A stretch of 64,000 nt of DNA from Macrostomum lignano (taxonomy: Eukaryota): positions 64,323 to 128,322 of the forward strand of contig NIVC01002967.1 of assembly GCA_002269645.1 (NCBI GenBank), in the 5' to 3' direction. Below the pieces are notes generated by a model that did no database searches, was not told where the DNA came from, and saw only the letters and a program-made list of their open reading frames with translations. Position 1 is the first letter of the stretch. The number at the start of each line of letters is the position of its first letter. Position numbers and translations under genes: made by a program. Positions 1 to 12,199 of this stretch are shown here, in pieces.

Positions 1-3000
1 GAAGTACAGGCCTCGTAAGGTAGATTCCAAAGTGGCTTTGATCCATAAAGGCCCCATGCTTCGAAAGGTTCGGCTGACCTTCCAAGAGGCCCCGTCTCTG
101 ACGTGTCCCAATGGGCTATTCGCCCAGTGGGTCGAGCTAGGCGCCGTGAGAGCCGATGCTCAGAACCTCTGTCCGTGTTTTCGAACCAATAACGTCAAAA
201 GACACTGCTTGGCAAATGGCAGCATTTGGAAAGGCGAGACCGCTCCGCCAAAGGACGCTTGGTATCAGCCGATAACCGAGGAAGAGAAGGTGGAGCTGGA
301 GCGGATCGGTAAAACAGCCGTCGTCGAGCTAGCGGAGTCCACGGCTGCGCTCATCAAGCGCCAGTTCCAACACTACAACAAGGCGAAGCCCAGTCGCCTG
401 GCACCGCCCGTCGACCAGCTGCCAGAAACGCCGGTGCCGCGCAAGAAGAAGCAGTCGGCGGATGACGGCACGGACTCGTCTCCAGAAGCGCAGTTGCCTG
501 TGAGTAAAGAGTGAAGTTAAAAATTTCGTGCTTTTTTTAATGCATTTTTTAATATATAAGAAATATATATTAAGTCACTCATAATATTTCCACAGAAAAC
601 GGTACAGTTCCAACCGCTAAAGAAGCCCAAGGCGGCGGCAGCAGCTGCAGGATCAGCCCCTGCCAAACGCAGGTCGTCGGATGAGGAGTCGCCATTGGCG
701 TCCATCGCGGCTGGCGTCGCGGCCCCACTTGAAGGGGTAATTTTTACTGTAATATTTAGTTGTTCATTTACGGCAAAATTCAATGCGTATTATGTGTGGC
801 AAACCAAAAACTGCTGAAGGTTCCTTAACCAAATCTATTATTTTACAGCAATATTCCACACGTTATATACATAGTGAAAACAGAGAGTATGGAAATCCAA
901 ATGCTGTAAATTCCGTTAATTTAATATTCACCTACAGTTTAACACGTCCAATAGGCTGTAAATTCAAGAGTATTAAAATCGACACGTACAAGTTACAGTA
1001 TTTTACTACATAATCTAACTTTAACCGTGAAGTAGGTTCGTTACATGTACGTTGCAAATTTACTTTTGACTATAAACTTAATCGAACTTCTCAAATACTT
1101 CATTTGAAATTTTTTATTTGAAAACCAACTACCATTCTCTTTCACAGATGGATTCGTCGTTGCCGCCTTTCGTCAGCGTCCACCGGCAGCTCCCAGCACT
1201 AGCCAGTTTCGGTGTTCCGGTGGTGGCACCGGCTAGTTTTGCGGATGCCGCATTGCCCTCGGACTGGCTCCTCCTCACCAGGCTCATGACGGCGCCGGAT
1301 GCCGACCAGGGCGCTGATTCCCTGGCCGCTCTGAATGCCTCGTTTGACAGCAGCACCCAGAACGGCCGAGATGACCTGGCCATTCTGGCTGGCGCCCTGA
1401 ACAGCCTAGATAAATGTGACCTATTGGCGGTTCTTTTTAATTTTGCTATCCGCCAGAATGGAAACATCAAGGAACTTCAGAGCTGCTTATTTGATTATAT
1501 CAACGCTGGAAAGGACCACCGGACCTATGGCATGCAGCGGATCAACTTCGGCGGCATCACGGAGCGAGACGCGATTTACACCGAAATGGTGTTTGACCGG
1601 GAGTTAAACTTAGGTCTGTTGATCCACAGGTTGAACGGTCTCAGCCGACGTAAAAGCGCTCCGCCCAATCTAGGAGAGGAATCGGAGGACAGCGTGGTCC
1701 AAAGACCAATGACAAGACAAATGGATGCGTCGACAAAGCCAAAGCATGCTGCCACCGCTGCTGCCTGCATCGTCTGTCCCAGTTGCTGCCGAGCCGGAGA
1801 CAACTGTCGTGCGCTCTAAGAGCGCCATCGAGGTAAGAGACTAAAATTCGAAATTCGCAAAATACTGAATTTCACTAGGTATTCAAATTTCCACACGTTC
1901 ACAACGTAGTAATATACCCCCACAATCACTACACACAGGCTGCCGAGTCGGCTTTATGCGCCGACACTGCTGCAACAACCACCGCTTCGGGTGCCGGCAC
2001 TGCCCCAGCAGCAGCAGCAGCAGCAGCAGCAGCCTCAACTATTCCGAAGGCCAATAAAAGGCGCGGCAAGACGGCTGCTAGGGGCGCCGCCGCTTCCGAT
2101 TCCGGTGCGCCGTCTTCCCCGGGAGGTCGTACTGCGGAGACACCGGCCGTGCCTTCTAAGAGCGCTATCGATGTAAGAGACTGAAACTCGAATTTCGCAA
2201 GATATTAAATTTAACTACGTATTGACATTTCCACACGTCCGCAACGTATGTAAATTATAGTGTACCAAAATTCAATACCCTTTAAAATTAGAACCCTGCA
2301 AGATAGAAACATTTTACGATATTCCTAAATTCAACTTGTAATATACCCCCACAATCACTACACACAGGCTGCCGAGTCGGCTTTATGCGCCGACACTGCT
2401 GCAACAACCACCGCTTCGGGTGCCGGCACTGCCCCAGCAGCAGCAGCAGCAGCAGCAGCCTCAACTATTCCGAAGGCCAATAAAAGGCGCGGCAAGACGG
2501 CTGCTAGGGGCGCCGCCGCTTCCGATTCTGGTGCGCCGTCTTCGCCGGGAGGTCGTACTGCGGAGACACCGGCCGTGCCTTCTAAGAGCGCTATCGATGT
2601 AAGAGACTGAAACTTTTTCGCAAGATATTAAATTTAACTACGTATTGAATTTCCACACGTCCGCAACGTATGTAAATTATAGTGTACCAAAATTCAATAT
2701 CCTTTAAAATTAGAACCCTGCAAGATAGAAACATTTTACGATATTCCTAAATTCAACTTGTAATATACCCCCACAATCACTACACACAGGCTGCCGAGTC
2801 GGCTTTATGCGCCGACACTGCTGCAACAACCACCGCTTCCGGTGCCGCCGCTGCCTCAGCAGCAGCAGCAGCAGCAGCAGGCTCAATGAATACGAGGGCT
2901 GCTACAAGGCGCGGTAACACGGCTGCTACGGACACCGCCGCTTCCGGTGCCAGTAAAACGCCCGCCGACATCGCCGCTGGCGCCCCTGCTGGCGCCTCTG

Positions 3001-3341
3001 CTGGCGCTTCCGCTGGCGCCTCTGCTGCCCGCACCTCCGCTGGCGCCTCCGCTGGCGCCTCCGCTGGCGCCTCCGCTGGCGCCTCTGCTGCCCGCACCTC
3101 CGCTGGCGCCTCCGCTGGCGCCTCTGCTGCCGGCACCTCCGACGCCTCCGCTTCAGAAAGCGCTGCTAGGGGGATCACGATACGCAAGAGGTCTGGTTCT
3201 GACTCGGTGCCACAAGTAACGGAAAAAAAGGAGGCGCGAGTTTCGCACCATGAAGGGAAAAGAAAACAAAAGCAACTCAGTAATGGAAGAAGGAGAGCAT
3301 GTAAGAAGAGTGCTTCGGGGCGGAAAAGTTTACCCCAGTGA
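1..3341 (+). CDS. Multi-exon gene of unknown function, 5' end outside the window. Exons <1-499, 596-736, 1148-1832, 1939-2172, 2368-2598, 2790-3341; Ala/Ser-rich basic C-terminus; one apparent +1 frameshift near 1765
   Basis: GT/AG sites at each boundary (gtgagt 500, gtaatt 737, gtaaga 1833/2173/2599; cacag acceptors). All junctions are phase 0 and the frames join the listed ORFs. Exon 3 is 685 nt (3n+1), so one frameshift is needed. No domain recognised. Confidence 0.65.
1905..2885 (+). repeat. Tandem duplication of a ~425-bp intron+exon unit (2 full copies plus 1 partial)
   Basis: taatatacccccacaatcactacacacaggctgccgagtcgg recurs at ~1910, ~2340 and ~2761, each followed by a CAG/GCA tract. 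Confidence 0.95.
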
Positions 3342-3529
3342 CTCGGACAGTTCGACATCAAAGATTTAATTTAATTTTTCTAATTTGCTTACAAGTTCTC
3401 CACTCTGGGCAACTCTGCGTGACAAGTTTTGTTCTAATTTCTGTTTTAAAAGAAAAAAATACATTAGAAAAAGAATTCCAGCAACTTTTCGTTCTCAAAG
3501 AAAAGAATGGAAAGAAAAAACTACGAACC

Positions 3530-5190
3530 GGTAAATCGAACTTGACCCTCGTGTCTACTGCTTCGTGACAGTCTATTTTTAAGAAACTTCTGAGATTCGA
3601 ACAGTAAAAAAGTATGGCACATCGAATTTCAGCACGTCAACAAGATATGTAAATTTGAATTGTGTAGTAAATTCGAGCATGCTAAACTGTAGAATTTCAC
3701 TACGCATTGAAATTTCCACACGTCCACAAGATATGTAAATTACACAGTACCGAAATTTGAACGTCGCAAAATGTCGAATTTCACTACGCATTGAAATTTC
3801 CACACGTCCACAACATATGTAAATTAGTCAGTACCAAAATTCAAACGTTGCAAAATATTGAACTTCACTACGCATTGAATTTAGCTACTGGGAATAATTT
3901 CCTATGGAAATAAGTTACCCACCCCGACTGCTTGGCGGCCAATGTGCAGTTGCGAAAAACTGACGCGGATTGGTAAGTCGAACTCAGATTTTGGCGAAGT
4001 CTGTGAATTCAAGAAAATTAAAATTACCCGGCGACTAACTCAATCGACTGGATATCAGTCCAGCAGGCTCTACTTTGAGTGGCGCCGGTCAAAGTACTTC
4101 CCAGAGGTCTCACGGACGAAGAAGAGTATTTTGGTACCTTCCGAATTTCATACACATCTTATGTAGCAAACTCTATGGGTAGTAAAATGATTTTGCTACG
4201 TATGTGAAATAAATACACACCCAGTGTACCCAACTCTTAGCTAGGAAATTCAATTTTGGCCTAAAAACTCTTCAGGCGCCGAAAAGGTCTCCATCGTAAT
4301 CAGCGCATTGAATTTAGCTATTGTGACTAATTTCCTATGGAAATAAGTTACCCACCCCGACTGCCTGGCGGCCAATGTGCAGTTGTGAAAAACTGACGCG
4401 GATCTGCAAGTCAAACTCGAATTTTGGCAAAGTCTGTGAATTCAAGAAAATTAAAATTGCCCGGCGACTAGCTCAATCGACTGGATATCAGCCCAGCAGG
4501 CGCTGCTTCGACTGGCCCCGCTTAAAGTACTTCCCTGAGGTCTCAGGGACGAAATAGGATATTTTGCTACGCTTCAGAATTTCGTACACATCTTGTGTAG
4601 CAACGTGTATGGTAGTAAAATGATTTTACTATGTATCTGAAATAAATACACACCCAGTGTACCCAATTCTTAGGTAGGAAATTCATTTTTGGTCTACACA
4701 CAAATTCAGACGCCGAAAAGGTCTGCATCGTAAGCAGCGCATTGAATTTAGCTAGTGTGAATAAAAAATACATAAAATTCCAACTTGACTCTCGTGTCTA
4801 CTGCTTCCTGATGCTTTTTTTAAGAAAGTTCTGCGATTGCAACATTAAGAAAGTACTGCACATCGAATTTCAGCACTTCAACAAGATATGTAGATTAGAC
4901 TTGTGTAGTAAATTCGAGCATCGTAAATTGTAGAATTTCACAACGTTTTGAAATCATCCTACGTCAAGCAGGGACGTAAGGTAGAGGGTAGCAAAATATT
5001 GAATTTAACTACGCATAAAAACATTCATACGTAAAAGACATCGTCAAAAGAAGGGTAGCAAAAAATAAACGTAGTAAATTGCATAATTTTGCTACGCAAC
5101 AAGATTTTCATACGTAAAAGACATCGTCAAAAGAAGGGTAGCAAAAAATAAACGTAGTAAATTGTATAATTTACTACGCATCAAGATTTT
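3530..5190. repeat. Composite tandem-repeat array: ~84-bp units, two 434-bp units and a duplicated ~165-bp block
   Basis: actacgcattgaaatttccacacgtcc at ~3700 and ~3784; cattgaatttagcta at 3872, 4306 and 4740; 3535-3700 resembles 4778-4945; catacgtaaaagacatcgtcaaaagaagggtagc at ~5026 and ~5110. Confidence 0.9.
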
Positions 5191-5329
5191 CGTACGTCAA
5201 ATGGTATTTAAAGAAGAGAGTAGCAAAATTCGCGAAAAGAAAAATATTGAAAATACAGCGACCAGTTCATCCCAATTCTGCTACTGTTAAATCCACGGAA
5301 ACGGTTGGCATTGGAAACGATAAACAAAC

Positions 5330-6810
5330 GCATTTCCCGAATATTATTTTCCCCTATTAGGGCCCTTCTTATCCCAAACAGAATCCCAAACAGATAGACA
5401 CTTGTTTTCTGGATCGGGATGAATTTGGTTATGCAGATTAACAATGAAGCTATAGTCGTAATCACTCACTCCAAGTACATCCGAGTAATTATATTCCACC
5501 GATTTAGTAACGTAATCGTCGTATCTATACTCGCGAAACTCACCTGTAGCGAGATCATTTACTCCATCGTTAAACCCTAGCAAATTCCATTTCATATCGA
5601 ATTCAATTTCATTGTTAGTAAACCTCTCTTTGAACAAAGTAGTTACCTGTTTGAGCTTGTTGGCTCCTTGTATTGAATTTATATTCTTCATTGTACTCTG
5701 TAGTTTCTTTTCAAGTGCTTTTAACTTCTCTTTATCATCAGCCGCCTTCTCAATTGCAATTTCGAGTCTAGTCTTTCGGTGGTTTAACTCACTGCTAACA
5801 AGGTCTGATATTTTAAGAAATATGTCATTTATACTACTTAGTTCTCTCCACTCATCATCATCAAAATAGTAAATACCATCGCTATTGTAAATTATATTAT
5901 TTTTCTTATATTCATAAACAAAGTTGGTTATGTTAACGTCAGTGAAATTATCATCAAGATACTCAATTCTACCATAATAATCATATTTGCTTTTCCATTC
6001 CTTATATTTGTTATAGTTTTCTTCACTTGCCCATTTCTTTAGTGTACCGATAGTAAGTCTGTCCTGTGCATCAGCAGAGCTGGCACTGGTGCTATTCCAC
6101 AGCTTCTCACATGCCTCGGAATCGAACCTATTATAATTTGCTTTTGACCAATTAGTGAATACTTTGTACATTTCATCACCACTGTCTATGTCGCGGAGTA
6201 TAAGTGCTACCTTGTACCAAGAACCATAGTCTTGGTTTTTGTGTTGTATTATACTTAACAACTTTGAAGCTCCTTCACAAGTGGGGGGTGGAACGGTGCT
6301 TTTTAGTGCCTGTTTATCGGGTTCTTGGTTTTCTTTTTTATCCTGTGGCTTAATTAATCTATTTATCTCATCAAGAATTACATCTGTCCCTCGCACTTTG
6401 TACGTTTGTATTCCTTCATTTCACCATCCACATAATAGAAACCTGGTGGAGCAAATACTAAAGCCGGAATATCAAAACCCACACTTTGTTGAATCGTTAC
6501 TTTTAATCCATCTACCTTGTTAAAGTAAAAGTGATGACCCTTGTTTGTCTGAACAATCCAATCACAATGAGTCATACACAGTTCAATCAACTCAGGGCAT
6601 AGGTCAGCATTATCAATATCGATTACGGTTATATTTGAGATTTTCGTATCTATCCAAATCATGTTGTCTGCCTCTGGTCGAAATGGTGGGGAGGTTGAAT
6701 TCCTATCTGCTTTGGTTGGCATTCCTGACGGTATTTTTTTCTTTGTTTTACTATTCCATGTTATACTGCAACTTCCGAATCTAAAATTAAGTTCTCTATA
6801 GAGATTAATT
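5330..6810 (-). pseudogene. Viral-type primase-helicase remnant: AEP prim-pol + PriCT-2 + D5_N, frameshifted near 6390 and truncated before the SF3 ATPase
   Basis: ORF 6378-6722 has AEP motifs TVIDID, QTNKGHHFYF and GFDI. ORF 5344-6396 has the PriCT-2 pattern (DYGSWYKVALIL..FTNWSK..LWNS..LTIGTLKKWA) and D5_N (NLLGFNDGVNDLATGEFR..DYVT). No Walker A follows. Confidence 0.85.
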
Positions 6811-6812
6811 AG

Positions 6813-7310
6813 TTAATCGTAAGATTTTGTTTGTTTTAAATTTGTCAATCTTGGTGGTGGGGCATCATGGTTTTGAAGCGGATCCTGTACGATCACAGGA
6901 GAGACACTTGAATCATTCTGATTTTTTCTTTCCATTTTATTAAAAATAAATTTAACAATATATTGTAATTTATCGGTTTCAATGTACTTCTCACGGGTTA
7001 TGGGGAGTTTAAAAATGTTCAGTTTCAGCATGACGAAAAATTCATCATTCCTTATGTGCTGTCTCGAAATCAATGCCCATTTATCAACATGTGCAAGATA
7101 TACTCTGAATGAATACAATTATGGGGGGCATTTACAATCGGTGTGTTTTAATATTTCTACTTTATATTCATCGTAAGCTTTATCAATTTCTTCAATTAGT
7201 CGAGCCTTTCGAGTGGGTGTTTTATTTGAGAGAAACTTACAATAGAATCATAGTATTTTTGTGGCAGAGCATTTCGAACATTTGGGTTATTAGCTTCCAA
7301 TTTTTCTAAG
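6813..7310 (-). pseudogene. Degraded AT-rich ORF upstream of the primase, product unknown
   Basis: ORF 6813-7118 continues upstream through frameshifts (…LEKLEANNPNVRNALPQKYYD…IEEIDKAYDEYKVEILKH…). Same composition and orientation as the primase. Confidence 0.35.
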
Positions 7311-7838
7311 AAAAATTAGCAGTTACAATCTGGTTTTTGAATTCTGGTTTCGCTGATTGAGAGATTGAGACTGACTCACACCACACTCCGCTGCCACTCT
7401 CCGAGACTCTCACAGGAGTTCAGTGTTTTTTCATCTTCATCAAACCCCCTTATTCAACCCATAAAAGACACTAGGGGCACCCCTCATGCTAGCTGTCTTT
7501 CACAACAATTTATAGGCTGATGCAGGACTGGCACACTCACCAACTCTCAAACGTTATGCTAGTTATTTGTGTGTGTTTATTAAAAGATACTCTCTATCTC
7601 AACTCGCACAACGAACGCGTGAGTAATTGTTAGAGATTCTTTGTTGAAACAAATACACTCACACACATATCAAGTTTAACGCATGGCTCACACCCACACA
7701 CTTTTGCTAGTTGTAACCTGTTATCGGCTGACTGCGACCCTCCCCTCCATCGCTATATTAGTTTTATTTAGCTTAGCAAGCAAGAGCAAGAGAAAATTTA
7801 CTTTAGGTCTAGAATTCTATCTATACAACATATTTCAA

Positions 7839-10800
7839 ATGGCTTCTTCCAGCGATAGAAAGCTTCCATCTAAGATAGTTTCCACGATTAAGAGTATTAG
7901 CTCAAAAGACCAATCAAGTTCAGCAGTTGCAGTTAGTCGCTTGTCTAGCGAGGAGCAGAACTCATTACTGGAAAAACTGCGAAAGATTGAATGTGAGTCC
8001 TTCAAGAAGGATAAGAAGGAAGAGAAGAGCAAAGAGAGCGATTCTAAATCTATTAGAGAAAGCCGATTTATTGGACGCCTTATCGAAAAAATGAGAGGAG
8101 TGACAAACGAAGTAACAACTATCAAGACTCGGTGTCTTGTTGCCTCGGTTTATATCCCAGGGGACAGAGACCCTGCTCCTGAGAGTTTACTGCGCCTCGC
8201 GCAGTACTGCGAGTCCCAGAACGCTGAGCTGTGCTTAGGGGGCGACCTTAACGCGCACCACAAGCACTGGGGCAGCAAAGATACCAACACTAGAGGAGAG
8301 GAGCTTCTGGCCCTCATCTTTAACACAAACCTCATGCTCTGCAACCGCGGCAGCACTCCTACCTTTAATAATGGCAGATGGACCGAGGTCCTCGACGCCA
8401 CACTCGTTACCCCAAGACTCTTTGACAGAGTTGAGGAGTGGAGAGTCTGGTCTGAGGAGCCCTCCCGGTCTGACCACTGCTTTATCGCCTTTAACATCGC
8501 GGACACTAAAACCCAGTCTCCGATCACTTGGAGGCGCAATATCCGCAACACTGATTGGGCGGCCTACAAGGCTGCCCTTGATCTGCACCTGCAGGAACTC
8601 ACGGACTTACGTCCGATTGAGACCTGCGAGGATGTGGATCATATGGCTGAGACGCTGACAGGTTGCATTATTGCAGCCTACGTAGCGGCTTGTCCTGCTC
8701 GCGCCTACAAAGGCAAGACCTCGGCGCCGTGGTGGAACCCGGAACTGGGGAAACTCAGGCGGAAGGCCAAAAGCCTTCATCGCCGTGCCATGAAGACCGG
8801 AAACCCGGAGGACATGGAGCTTTTCCGGCAAGCCTCCCGCAACTTCAAATCTGAAGTGCGCAAGGCCAAGGAATGTAAGTGGCGCCAATTCTGCAATGAA
8901 TTAGATCAAGACAGACCTACTTCTAGGCTTGTCAAGGCCCTTACAATGGACAAAATGTCCAAATTAGCCATGATCAAAAAAGATGATGGCTCTCTTACTA
9001 AAGACCCTGAAGAAGTGCTACAGCATATGCTCAGCACATTCTTCCCGAGGGTACCTACTGCTAGACCGGAGCCCAACCATTCGATGGATGGAGCCACCCT
9101 AGCGGCGGGCATTGTCACTGAAGACCTAATCGCTCGTGCGGTCAAAACCTTCAAACCCTTCAAATCTCCTGGACCTGATGGTATCTACCCTGTTCTCCTT
9201 CGTGAAGCAGCCAAGATACCCTCGTTCCTGAGACTCACCCGCAATCTTATGCGGGCCTCTATCCAGCTGGGATACGTTCCCAAATGCTGGACTGAAGCTC
9301 GGGTAGTCTTTATTCCCAAACCTGGGAAGGGTGACTACCAAAGCGTCAAGGCCTTCCGGCCTATTAGCTTAACGTCAGCAATGCTTAAGCTCACTGAGAG
9401 GCTTATTCTCTGGCGGCTGCTGTCCTGCGAGCTGACAGCGATGCCCCTCAGCAATAATCAGCACGCCTTCCATACCGGGAGGTCGACTGACAGCGCCCTG
9501 CATGCGATTGTCGAGAAGATTGAAAGGGCGGTACTGGGTGACGGTTACGCTCTGGCTCTCTTTCTTGACATTGTTGGCGCCTTCGACAACGTTATCTTTG
9601 AAGCGTTTCAGAGGGCCCTTCAAAATCGCAAAGCTCATGCTACCCTCATACGGTGGATCATGTACATGATCTCCAACCGTACGGTCACTGCCCAACTTCT
9701 TGGGCAAACTGCCTCCACCAGAGTCTGTAAGGGTGGACCCCAAGGCGGAGTCCTCACCCCGACGCTCTGGAACCTGGTCATGGACGCTCTTTTGAGTGAC
9801 TCCCGACCCGACCCCGTCTTCAAAGTCGGGTATGCTGATGACGTCACGGCCATTGTGGCAGGACCGTCTCCCAGCACGCTCAGGGATCTGATGCAGAGCT
9901 TTATCCGCAAAGCAGAATCCTGGGCCAATGACAATGGTCTGGAACTCTCTGAGCCCAAAACCGTTGCCATTATGTTTACCAGCAGACTACGCTGGAACAT
10001 ACGTCCTCTGCAGCTCTACGGCAGAGATATTGCCTTCGCGCACCAGACCAGATGCCTCGGGGTCATACTTGACCACCGGCTCAACTGGTCCTCCCACGTG
10101 AAAGCAAAAGCCAAGCGTGCCTCAGCCATCCTGGCCCAGCTCCGACGAGCACTTGGCACTTCTTGGGGTCTATCCCCAAAGCGGCTTTGGTGGATCTATA
10201 CTTCCGTAGTTAGACCTGCCATTACGTACGCCTCTGATGTCTGGATTAGCGCTACCCAGGTAAAAAGCCATGCAGACCTGCTCAACACGATCCAAGGCAG
10301 AGCGTGTAGGCTCATCTGCAACGCCACCAGGTCCACGCCCTTTGCTGGCATGGGGGCCTTCCTTAATATTCCGCCTCTTGACCTCTTCATCAGGGGTGAG
10401 GCGGCTAGAACGACGCGGCGTCTAATTGATGCCGGCGTCAAATTCATTTACATGAGAGCACCTGCTAAGCGGAACCTTGTCCCGCATAGCGATCTGTGCC
10501 TCAACTTTCTCAACGAGTGTCAGGCCAATCGCGTCTTCACCGATGGCATTGCCTCAACGCTCAACCTGAGACAGCGCTACTCCGTAGCTATCGACTCGCG
10601 CGATAACATCAATGACCAATGGAACCCTGGTGAGCTTCATTGCTACACCGACGGTTCTAAGCAGTCAGCCAACACCGGCTTTGGTGTTGGAATCTTTCTG
10701 AACGGGAGGGTCATCGCTACCCACGCTCAATACACTGGGGTCAACTCCAGTGTTTTCCAAAATGAAGTTCTGGCCATCAGCTCCTGCACTGCAGAGCTTC

Positions 10801-12199
10801 TCGCCACTGGCGTTACTGGTAAGAACATCATTTTCCATTCGGACAGCCTAGCTGCCTTGCACGCCATCAGTGGCTGCAGCACCAACTCTGCTACAGTCCT
10901 CGACTGTATCAAACTTCTCAACGTGTTGGGTTCCGCCAACAAAATTACCCTTAAGTGGGTTTCGGGGCATGTGGGGATCCGAGGAAATGAGTTGGCTGAC
11001 ACCCTTGCAAAAGTTGGTGCCTCCGGCTCCTCTCTCGGCCCCGAACCTCTTGTCCCGATTCCTGGCTGTGTCATCGACTCGCGCATCAAAGCGTGGATCA
11101 GGACTCAGCAGACTTGGGCGAACCGCACGAACTGCAGACAATCCAGAGGCGCTGTCCCTCAGCCCTCTCACCAGCTCCGGAAGCTCCTCTTGCGCCTCTC
11201 GCGCAGAGACATCCGGGCTGCCACCATGACCCTCTCTGGTCACGGCTGCTTCTCCAGGCACCAGTACCTGCAGGGCAACGCCACCAACGCCACCTGTAGT
11301 TTCTGCAACTCAGGTGACGAAACCGCTGAGCATTTTGTCAGCATCTGTCCCGCCTTCACGCGGGCCAGACTCACTTACCTCGGGCCACACACATCTATTA
11401 CTGAAGCGTGCAAACCCGAAAACTTTAATCAGCTCATGCGCTACCTTCGGGCCACCCGCAGGGCTGAACTCTCCTTTCCAGAGAGCACCATAGCTGCTGG
11501 CGACACTGGGGGACCTCCCTGGGCGGCGCCAACCCTCCGTCCATAGCGACGCGTCGGCCGTTCAGGGACTAGCGGAATGGGCGCCCGCGCCTTCCCGCTG
11601 TGTCCCCTCCGGGACAGCCCTGCAGCTAAGTCAAGTCAATCAAGACTCGGTAAGTTTCAGTTTCATTCTCCATAATTTCATTGAATAAAAGCAAATATCA
11701 TAACTTGAGTCTATTTTCATTATAGGTTCTACAACGCAAAGGTGTGCACATCTATCATTGGCGATGATGAGACTCGCATGATCCAACGGTTCAATCAACT
11801 GGAGGGTTTCATCGCCGACCTTGAAGTGCTGGGTTGTATTGCCAGTAAGAAGAAGCAGAAGTAATTGCTGCGTTGCAAGAAAAACTCGGACTGAGCATTG
11901 AAGGAGTTGCGAGAAAGCTAGATATAGATGTGAAGTTTGCCCAGCGACTATTTACATTCTACAAGCTAACAACAAAGTACCCGAGTCTGGTAATTTCTGG
12001 ATATTGCTTTGAGACCCTTCTGACGTTCAAGAAGGCAATTGAACAAAGAGCATCAGAAGATGAGAATTTCGCATGCCGCCTCGAACTCGACATCGTACTG
12101 CACTTTGAAGGAGAGGATGACAGCATGCTTGATGAAGAAGAGAACGACACGATTGAAGCAGCCACTAGCGAAATGGGAAGCGCTTCTATTGATGAATAA
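7839..12199 (+). pseudogene. Spliced gene of unknown function interrupted by the LINE. Exon 1 is 7839-8131, intron 11650-11725, exon 2 runs from 11726 to the stop at 12199
   Basis: Removing the LINE and one TSD copy restores exon(phase 2)|gtaagt…tatag|exon in frame (…TIKTR-FYNAKVC…). A stop near 11863 needs either a frameshift or a 35-nt intron to reach ORF 11873-12199. AATAAA overlaps the stop codon. Confidence 0.6.
8134..11638 (+). mobile_element. 5'-truncated non-LTR retrotransposon (LOA/R1/I-group-like) with partial APE, RT, RNase H and a C-terminal zinc knuckle
   Basis: Open ORF with GDLNAHH..WGS and SDH (APE), GPQGGVL and YADD (RT), YTDGS and GHVGIRGNELAD (RNase H), CSFC..ETAEHFVSIC. 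Tail of aagtc repeats. 13-bp TSD atcaagactcggt at 8121-8133 and 11639-11651. Confidence 0.95.

Noticed and set aside
7683-7838. First 52 aa of the 1287-aa ORF as a signal peptide
   Set aside because: This is probably 5' UTR or intron read-through, since an acceptor-like tttag sits at ~7806 and the ATG at 7839 fits better.
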